The position numbers and the translations under genes were made by a program. The notes beneath the pieces are model-generated. The model was not told where the DNA came from. It did no database searches and saw nothing but the letters and a program-made list of their open reading frames with translations. Below, piece after piece: positions 55,101-64,000 of a stretch of DNA of 64,000 nucleotides (its first letter is position 1; each line of letters starts with the position of its first letter). The stretch comes from Azolla caroliniana (taxonomy: Eukaryota; Plantae; Polypodiophyta), in contig JBHGNT010000003.1 of the NCBI GenBank assembly GCA_043228905.1, positions 15,934,001 to 15,998,000 of the forward strand, read 5' to 3'.

Positions 55101-56766
55101 TGATAATCAGAGTGTTATCCATATTGCTGACAATGCTGCCTATCACTCTCGTACGAAGCACATTCAAAGAAGGTATCATTGGTTGCGAGAGAGAGTGGAA
55201 GAAAATTAGTTCATCCTAACGAAGATCCATATTGACGAAAATGGATCAGACATGCTTACCAAAGTCTTATCTATGGAAAAACTTGTTGCATGCAAGCGAA
55301 GGATTGGTTTAGTTGACTCTCCCCTTACAGGAGTGAAGGGGGAGTTTGTTATGTAAGATTGTCACTCCTTACGGGGGAGTCGGCCAAAAAGCCGAAGCGA
55401 GATTCGATTGGCCGAAATCAGCCGAAGAGCCGAACTATGACACGGCATGGCCAAAAAGCCGAACCGTGCGGAACCGAGATTGGCCGAAAAGCCAAAACAT
55501 GCCGAATAGCCAAAGAGGAGTTCGGATAAATATATATTTTATATAAAAAAGTTGGGTTAGTACATATATAGGCATAGTGGCATTAGCTGCCTATGTATGT
55601 GGGATAAATCAGTAAGAGCAAAAATAGTGAGAAAAGTGTGTGAAAGGATATATATAGTGAACTCTAGTGAGAAAGTGTATTATTATATATTGAGACTGTG
55701 AGCGCACGAGAGAGTGAAAATGTGTTGCAAGGGAAGAGCAACACAAAGAACAATAAGGAGCTAGCATAGTGGTGGTTGTGACTGAGAGAGTGAGTGACAT
55801 AACTCTGCAACTGAGTGTGAGAGGAAGCAAAGAAACGAGAGTGTAACATAGAAGAAAGAGAGACTGAACAGAGAAGCTTTGGAAGCTTCAAAGTGATAGA
55901 TACCTACATGTTAGGGTTTGGTGCACTCAGTTGAAGCTGTGGTTTCAGATAACAACCTGAGAGTACATCCATACCAAATAAGGTTCTATCATTCTATGCT
56001 TGTATTTCTTCTTGTCTCATAGTGGAAATTTCTGTTCGTCGTGGTTTTTCCCTGAAATTAGGGTTTTCTACGTAAATCGTGTGCTCCTTGTTTTCGTTTT
56101 GTTTCTGTCTCAGTATTTCTGTGGTTTACATTTGAGTGTAAAATATTTCAGTGAATTGGGAAGATATAGAGAAGATGCTTTCAGTCGTGCAATCAATTGG
56201 AGAAATTTTAGAATGTGCCAATGACAAGCTTGACAGTAGATATGATACCAAAAGAAATCTACAATTGAGAACTTGTGCTTGTGAGAGAGGAGATCCATCC
56301 TGATCCCTCGAGGGTGGATATGATATCATCTTGATGTCAAATGCTTTTTATTCCCTTCTGTCTGTCTCTACCAAAGTTGTACAAATTGATTGTGAAGGTA
56401 AATCCCATGCGTTCCTTTGCTTTCTAATATTTGTAAGCTCTCTTTCACACCACAACAAGATTACAAGGTGAAAAATGTGCTGGTCCAATCCAAAATTTTG
56501 TCTTAACATTTAAAGTACCCACATCACCATTGTATGCTTAGGAAATGGGGATACCCTTAGCAGAAAAGTATTTTGGGTAGACGACATGTATCTTTTTGTA
56601 GGCATGACTTTATGTTTGCTTAACTGTTTATGTAGAGAAAAAATAGATGACAAAAGGTAAAGAGAGAGTATGCTACTACTATTACTACTTGTATAGTTTT
56701 TCTTCTGCCTGGAAGTGCTGAAAAGCTAACTCTAGTTTCGGGTGTATGTTAATTATTGACTTGCAG

Positions 56767-57062
56767 GTTTGCTCCATACCTCTGCCAGCCTGTTCTTGGT
56801 GGGCTTAATGAAAGCGGGAAAACTGTTCATTTGTGAAATAATAGACTCCCTTGGAGCCCAAGTGAGTGCACATGCTTTTCAATATGATATTGTGAGCATT
56901 CCGTTAAAGAAAAAAAAAAAATCATCGTGTTCATTGAATTATACTTTTCAGTGGCATCTATTTGATGCTTGGTTTCTTATGTCCAACTATTATGTGATGT
57001 TCGATTCAGAGAATTGGCAAAGGATTGTTTTGTTGGTGGCACCACTGCTCAACCCTTATATG
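56767..57062 (+). pseudogene. Proteasome subunit beta-3 (PBC-like) gene fragment, 2 exons
   Basis: AG|exon 56767-56861 RFAPYLCQPVLGGL..GKLFICE..DSLGA|GT and AG|exon from 57010 ELAKDCFVGGTTAQPLY match the recalled plant PBC sequence RFGPYLCQPVIAGL..FICTMDSIGAKELAKDFVVSGT; frameshifted. Confidence 0.75.
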
Positions 57063-57202
57063 TTGTTCATTTTTATTTTTGGATATTATGGTATTTTGTG
57101 ACGCTTTGTTAGTCCAGATCCGCTGGTCAAGGTATTGCAGTTTACTCGAATCTAGAAAGGTAGAATGGATTGAGTATAATACTTGTATTTGTCACTTTCA
57201 GG

Positions 57203-57777
57203 CATAGTTCCTAATATTCGCATACGTCCAATTTACTGGACGTACGCGAACGTCTGCAAACGTACGCGTATGATACGCGATATTCGTTTGGCTTTTTTTT
57301 TTGACTTTTTTTGGGTTTTTTTAATTTTTGATATTCATAATTCTTTGTGAATAGAAGTGACATCTGACACACATACACACACACACTCTCTCTCTCTCTC
57401 ACGAGAACTGAAAGATTTTTTCTCTCTACAAAATCTAGATATCTAATATACATATTACACACTCCCTCACACAGACAAAACCCATAGCTCCTCTCTCTCT
57501 CTCTCTCTCTCTCTAGAGTCTAGATATACACTCAATCACTGTCTCCTCACACATGCAAAACAGGGCTTCTCTCTCTAGACCACACACACACACACACTCT
57601 CTCTCTCTCTCTCCCCCTCACACACACACACACAGTATGTACACCATATACACCATATGTATATATCTATGTACCGCGTATGGATTTCAATCATACTTGG
57701 AGCCTTTTCACGTATAAGTATGATACGAATATTGGCGTTTGAGTATGACACGAATGGGACGTATGGCTAGAACTATG
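57203..57777. mobile_element. Non-autonomous hAT-type MITE (575 bp)
   Basis: TIR CATAGTTC/GAACTATG; perfect 8-bp TSD CTTTCAGG; internal CT/CA microsatellites. Confidence 0.88.
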
Positions 57778-57865
57778 CTTTCAGGACAGTTTTCAAGAAA
57801 GGTTGTTGTGAGATAACCAAAAATTTAGAGGTGATTTGTTGTTTGCTTTGCAAAGTAATCTAAAC

Positions 57866-58185
57866 CACTTTGGATGCACTTCTCGTAAATCTCTATTGGA
57901 ATGCTCCCCGGATCATAAAAGTATCACATTGTTGCAATTTGAAAACCATATTTGGATGGCTTATAAAAGTTCATCCAAAAGTATCACACTTGGGATGCAC
58001 TTCCTGTAAATCTCGATTGGAATAAAAGTAGCACATTGTTCGAATTTGAAAACCATATTTTGGATGGTTTATAAAAGTGCATCCAAAGTATGATACTTTG
58101 GATGTAGTTCTCGTAAATCTGTATTGGAATGCTCCCCGGATTATAGAAGTATCACATTGTTCCAATTTGAAAACCATATTTTCAA
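57866..58185. repeat. Degenerate tandem repeat, about 3 copies of ~105-120 bp
   Basis: ggatgcacttc..gtaaatct..attggaat..cacattgtt..aatttgaaaaccatattt repeated three times. Confidence 0.75.
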
Positions 58186-59724
58186 TGCTTATTAATGATT
58201 GGAACCAGGTTGTCATCTTGTCCTTTAGAACTAGGTGCAATTTAAGGAAATTTGGAGAATCCAAACCAGCGTATGCTCCTGCACTATTAAAACATTGTGT
58301 AGTTATAGATTCCATAGCTGAAAGCCATTTTGTGTGAGTTTGTATATGATGTACAGATGTATGTTCCAAAGAGCAGCGTCATGTATTCTCAAGTTCATAG
58401 GCAGAGAGATGCCAACACCATTTTACTTATGGTTTGACATATTTTCTTCACTGGGGTATTCCTTCAGTGGCATTTTTTCTTAGAGATCTGTACCAATGAT
58501 TTCGCATTTCTGTCTCCTTTGAAACAGAAAACGATAAATGGAATTAATGCATTTTTCCATTGACTTTGTTTATGTTAAAAGACTTATAAAAATACATTGT
58601 TACATATCTTCACTATTTATAAAAAATGCATTTATTACAATTTTTTCAAGTATGTTGTTGTGATGTAGTGCGTTCATAGGAGAAGTGCCAATCTCCAAAT
58701 TTATGAAAGATTAAAGCTTAGGTTGAAGGCAAGACTAGGACTTGTGATAGAATGAGAGTGAACGTGACACAATTAGCAAGAGTTGTCTCTTGCAACTCTA
58801 ACATCAAGGGTTAGAATCTTGCCACAAAAGGAATGTGGACTTCAAAGGGTTAAGTGATTTTCTCACATTGAGCTCTTGAGTAAGAAAATTTTCACACATT
58901 GGGCTCATATTGCCACAAAATTTTCGGAACATGAAATTGAGCTCAGAGTAAAAAGGTAAGAGGTAAAAATCAATTTTGAATAACGGAGTCAAACTTGTCA
59001 TGTCAAGCTCAAAACCTCACATGCTACCAACCATAACGAAGGAATTGTGTGTTTGAACATGTGCCCCCTTGAATGCTCACGTCCACTTTGGGTGCTCATG
59101 CAGCCCCTTGAATACGTGCAAGACCAAAGGGATCGGCCTCATGTGTGGGGGAAGACAAAGAAGAAGAAGAAGAAGAAGAAGAAATGACACACTGCAAGCG
59201 AAGAGGAGAGGCAACCACCATTTGTAGCTACTATAACAACTGCCTATTGGTATCTCATAACATCAATAGGGTTGTTGCAAGTGTTGCTCGCCACATCGAT
59301 CACTTGCCCCCACTTCATCACCCTTCTTCACTTCCACCTTTAAAACTCAACCTTTTTCCCCCACTTCTTTTCACATTTAAACTAACAAAAGAACCCTCCC
59401 ACACACACTTCATTTTCCCTTAACACTTTCACATTTAAATTACTCACAAAGGGCATATTCATGGTTTTGAAGAAATAAACTTTTTCCCCAAATACCCTTC
59501 CACCCACCAACATTCACTTCCTCATATAACATTACGTATTTATAGGACTTAATGTACAACTGCAACCCCAACTTGCACCAACTCGTCATCAATATCAAAG
59601 TTCACATAGCTATCTTCAACACATTAATATATAAATTTATATATACATCTACAGAACACAAATCGCATGCAAATGAAAACACAAACCTACTTCATACATA
59701 AACAAGCACACATGCACTCATGCT

Positions 59725-59752
<28 letters not shown>

Positions 59753-59756
<4 letters not shown>

Positions 59757-60551
59757 GATTGAAATATTCGCATTCGTGGGGCCTACCCCACGAATCCATA
59801 CGAATAGGAATAGGAATACATATAAATATATTCGTTTTCTATTTTTTTTGAATTTTTTAAATAAAAAATAAAAAACAGTTTTTCTTCATCTGAGCGAGTG
59901 AATGAACAGCGAGCAGTGAGCGAGGAAGCCTCAACCTACTCCCTGTCCGCCCTCACTTCCCTCTACATCTTGTTGTCGGCCAGAAAATTAGGGTTTCGGC
60001 TGAAAACCCTAATTTCTGTCATAAACCTAATTTAGACAGTAGTACTTTCTTTTGAGCCCCCGTCCTCAACTCCCTCTCATGCTCTATTCTAATCCTACAT
60101 CCTGTTCTCACTGAAACCCTACGTCCTCAACTCACACTCTCACTGAAACCCTAAGTTTAGTAGAAGCCCTAATTAATTGATTATTAATTAATTAACTTAA
60201 TAACTAATATTTTTGAATGAATTAAGATATGCATTAGTAAATTAATTAATGTATTAGTGAATGAATTAATGTATTATTGAATCAATTAATGCATTAGTGA
60301 ATCAATTAATGTATTAGTGAACTAATTAATTATTATATTAGTGAGTGAATTAATTATTGATGTATTTGTGTATATACATATATGAGTGATATGTGTGTAT
60401 ACACATATATTTATATATCATATATGTATGTATGTATGTATGTATACATCTAAACGAATGGTTTTATAATATTCTTGGGGCCATTTTATATTCTCAAATA
60501 TAGCGAATATTGCGGATGTAGAATACCACGAATATTACGCATGGATCAATC

Positions 60552-60555
<4 letters not shown>
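59753..60555. mobile_element. Non-autonomous hAT-type element (803 bp) inserted in (TA)n
   Basis: TIR CATAGATTGA/TCAATCTATG; TATATATA on both sides; subterminal TATTCG/CGAATA repeats. Confidence 0.8.
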
Positions 60556-60588
<33 letters not shown>

Positions 60589-61589
60589 ATGCATGATACA
60601 TCCACATTCAAAGGAAAACCATATACACACTCACACACTCACACTTCCTCTCACACATAAGTACTCTAGAGAGTTTCCAAAAACATAATTATCCTAAAAA
60701 TTTGGACATTAAAACTAAAGACTATGAGAATTTCAAAGCCACCTACACAACTAAAGTCACTCCGTCCTCCCAAGTGGTCCTGCTCAAGTTTGGCATGCAC
60801 ACACTTTGTCCTTTCGCAACAACGTACATAGAACTTAGAAGAATACAAATAATGATTAACACAAACACAATACCCATGCATACATATATCAACATATGCA
60901 TACACAAACAACTAACAAAAAATGATTACTTATACACATTTTACTATATATATGCCCTACATTTCCACATACATTCCTCCCGCTCTATTACATACACTTC
61001 AATGTATACATAACCATGTACATGCACATATTCTAATAGATATTGAAACCTACACATAGGATTTGACATACACATAGAGACATGGTCACATTGCCAAAGT
61101 CTATCAAATCATCCAAAGAAAGTTGGGTACAAGTGACAATGATGAGAGTCCTAAATTCATCATTAGAAATGAAACCCATCTTCCCTTGTTCAAGTCCTAG
61201 ATAGTCTCGATCATGTTAATTTTTCTGACATGTTTGGTGAACCTGACATAAACGAGTGATAGGGGAGGATGGGTACTCATAATGGAGACTTTACATCTAT
61301 AATGGCAAGGATGATGATGCAAATGAAGAGATAAAAGGAAGATATGAATGTTGTACAATGTGCCATCAAAAGATTGGTTTATACTTCTTGATTTGAAGGC
61401 AAAATTATCTCCAATTTTGTACATATATACAATAACAGGATGCTTCAAGAGGTTGGGCACAATAGTGAATCATGCATATAATGAGTTTTCATCGAATGGT
61501 GGTGTTGACATTACATAAAAAGATAGTGGAGCTTTAACAAGCCCATACATCATGGTGTTCCTTTCAGAGGGCATTACTAGAGGAGTTTG

Positions 61590-62300
61590 AAGATGAAGAT
61601 ATGACACAAACAAGTCATTACAAATTTGACAAATGGGTTGCATCAAGGAAAACACACAAGTGTGATTTAATTCTAATGACATTCCTTGAGTTTGAGTTCC
61701 ACTTTGCTCAATTGTTGGAACAAGATCAAAGATTGGTGGGGATGAACAAGGTGTTGATGTTCGTAAAGTCTGTTAATAGTGATGAAGGAACAAAACATGG
61801 TATTCAACTCGATGACGATGATGGTGCTACAAGGATAATTTAGAACTGGGATGATGTAAAAAGAAAATGTAAACAATATGACAAGTAAAAAATCAATTTC
61901 GCATTAGGTGCTATAGATATGTGTGTGTGTGTGTGTGTGAATTAGATTACTTGTATAATAATCAACAATGTAGTACTAACTCATGGTTTAGGGAACTTAA
62001 CAAAGAACGTTATCATTGGATGAGTTGAGACAAAAAGAGTTACTAAAGGATGGAAATTATGAAACATATAATAGCTCAATGGCAACATCCAGTACAAGTG
62101 GGTTGGCATTCATGTCTTCCATGTAAAGCTAACGTGTTTATCTAGTGAGTACTTATGGTTGGGATTTTGCCAATAGGAAATGCCTTGAAGAAGAGGGATA
62201 TTATTAGTGGAATGTGTTGTTTTTTTCAGTGTCAACGGGATATAGTTGATCGAACATTGTCTTTGGTTTTGAGGCAAGGTTAATTTGGACATGTTTATTT
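61590..62300 (+). pseudogene. Very old gag remnant of the A/B gypsy family
   Basis: EFEFHFAQL..KVLMFVKSV..NWDDVKRKCKQYDK resembles B gag EFESQFAQL..KVLLFVKS. Confidence 0.55.
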
Positions 62301-62385
62301 GTAGCATAGGCTTCTATAATTGAGGTCGGAAAAGAGATACAAAAGAGGTCGGAAAAGAGATACAAAAGACATGTTTATTTGTATC

Positions 62386-62670
62386 TGTTGGTGAAAAGAG
62401 ATACAAAAGTTTGTATCTATTGTAACCACTTGTTGGCGAAGAGTCGGAGTAGAAGGTCGTTGCCTCTGTGTCTCCGTTGTATCCTACCTCTCTTCCACGG
62501 CGATTCAGTTCGGAGTCAGTGGACTCCCGTGGTTTTGCCTCTCGAGGTTTTCCATGTTAACATATTGTGTCGACTCATTCCTATGTAAGTGCATTAATCT
62601 CTATTACTGTTCTGTTTCTTCCATTGTGCGTTTGGAACTCAGTTGTGGCCAAGAGCGATTCCTCCCAACA
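62386..62670 (+). repeat. Copia LTR remnant (R/U5 part)
   Basis: Ends in CCCAACA; carries the cgtggtttt..ggttttcca motif of the K/L/M LTRs; no TSD. Confidence 0.6.
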
Positions 62671-64000
62671 TCCACATAGCACACATCTATGTGGACAAGT
62701 TCTAGGGCACATTCTCTTCTCATCTGAGGCCTAGAGTGAAAGGTTGCCATGTTTTGCTTTCTAGCCAAGAAATCCAAACATTTTCTAAGATGTATTCATT
62801 TCACTTCTGGCAGGAGATCCTTTTCGGCAAGGATATGCATTCCCCTTTCGCTCATGTGGTTGAACCTTTTATGCCACAACTCACCATTTAAGTCGGCCAC
62901 TACATTTGCTTCATCTTGGTACAATCTTGCATGCATTACACAAAGTGTGTTCTGCTTTTGTGCTCGAGCCACAATAAGACTTCCCTTAATGAACTTCCAA
63001 GGACCATTATGAAAGCTACCACTATAGCCTACGTCATCCAACCGTTCAGCAGATATCAGATTCTATCTTACATCGGGATGTGGTGTACATCCTTCAACAT
63101 TAACCTACAGCCAGTGGATGTTAACACGCGCACATTTCCTATATCCACAACCTTGCATTCATCGTCATTTCCCATCTTTACATAGCCATAGTCACCGGTT
63201 GTGTAAGATGAGAAACATTCTCTTTTGGGAGTTAGTTGAAACAATGCACCAAAATCAACTACCCAAGAGCACTCAGCATCTACAAGATTCACACTAGCTT
63301 GTTCACATATGAATAGCATTTCTTCCTCCTTGGTTGCAATGTTGAAGTGTTTTTCTCATCAGAAATTTTTCTGGGTTCAAGATCATCAACAATTTTGATG
63401 TCCTTCTTGAGGTGTCGACAATTCTTCTGGAAATGACCAGGTTTCCTACAATAGAAACACGTGAGTCTTCCTCTGGATTTTGACCTAGCATGAGACTTGT
63501 CCCTATTTTGAGGACTTCTATGTTCACTTCTTCCTCTACCAAGGTTTTGTGCCACATTTGCTTCCGATTGAGACACACCATTCTTATCCTTTCTTCTTGT
63601 CTCTTCATTCAGAATGCTTTTCTTTACTACTTGTAAGGACAGTTTCTCTTCTTGACAAGAAGCACTAAGTGACACTACTAGGTTCTCCCAACTGCTCGAT
63701 AGGGTGCACAACATTAACAAGGCCTACATCGCATCATCTAATGGGAACTTCGTTGATGCTAGCTGGTTTACTAGCCCCATGAAAGTACTGATGTACACCA
63801 TAGCGCTATCAACATGTATGTATTTTAGCCTCACCAACATTCTCATTAGGGAAACTTTGTTGAGAGCATTTTTCCTTTCATACAACCCAGAGAGCTTATG
63901 CCACAAGTCGTAGGCATTTGTATCATTTGCAACATGTTGTAGGACGCTCATGTCTACACACTATCTGATGGTTGCAACAACTTTTCTGTTTAGGATTTTC
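62671..64000 (-). pseudogene. Decayed Tork-like copia gag-PR-INT (continues beyond the window)
   Basis: LYERKNALNK, CFYCRKPGHFQKNC, WVVDFGA, LWHKRFNHMSE. Confidence 0.88.

Larger units (their letters stand above)
45255..56150 (+). mobile_element. Element L: full-length decayed Tork-like copia, interrupted by M
   Basis: LTRs 45255-46065 and 55347-56150; TSD GTGAA; PBS-Met 46069-46080; PPT gaagggggagtt; gag-PR-INT-RT-RH fragments. Confidence 0.93.
44938..56397 (+). pseudogene. METTL18/HPM1-like protein histidine methyltransferase pseudogene fragment, split by element L
   Basis: Exon 44938-44982 LGSSHGLPGVFTSLK; exon 45070-45254 + 56156-56397 GALVVHFQDLNAENLRCLTIPNVRAN..FYYAVNWEDI..EGGYDIILMS..KLYKLIVK|GT; stop, frameshift and mutated acceptor; possible extra exon ~44747-44869 (KLWE). 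Confidence 0.75.

Noticed and set aside
57866-58337. LRR/NLR fragment (VSHCSNLKTIF)
   Set aside because: Short match inside a frameshifted DNA tandem repeat; no other NLR motifs
59145-59423. Poly-Glu ORF
   Set aside because: Arises from a (GAA)n microsatellite; no homology evident

Overview
Eukaryotic, plant-type heterochromatic DNA (spliceosomal introns, plant tRNA primer sites, retroelement families that suggest a non-seed land plant; the organism is an inference). About 85% of the window is nested LTR retrotransposons. Two are young and intact: an Athila-like Ty3/gypsy element C at 2878-12996 (identical 371-bp LTRs, TSD CCACC, gag-pol plus a ~970-aa extra ORF) and a Tork-like Ty1/copia element M at 46787-52118 (609-bp LTRs, TSD AGACC). 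The rest are decayed. The most notable object is a ~7.07-kb TIR DNA transposon (30994-38060). It encodes a Sola1/DUF7869-type DDD transposase with a BAH-like C-terminus and, divergently, an intron-containing gene fusing a ParB/Srx-like domain to a beta-class DNA amino-methyltransferase (DIPY...FSGTG); this copy is pseudogenised. Other notable signals: a tRNA-Arg 3'-half mimic where element C's polypurine tract should be, a conserved GGAUUUU slippery site plus pseudoknot after the protease in the tRNA-Trp-primed gypsy family, conserved PPT-associated hairpins, decayed METTL18/HPM1-like and proteasome beta-3 exons, and two hAT-type MITEs. All family assignments come from motif recognition by eye, not from database searches.
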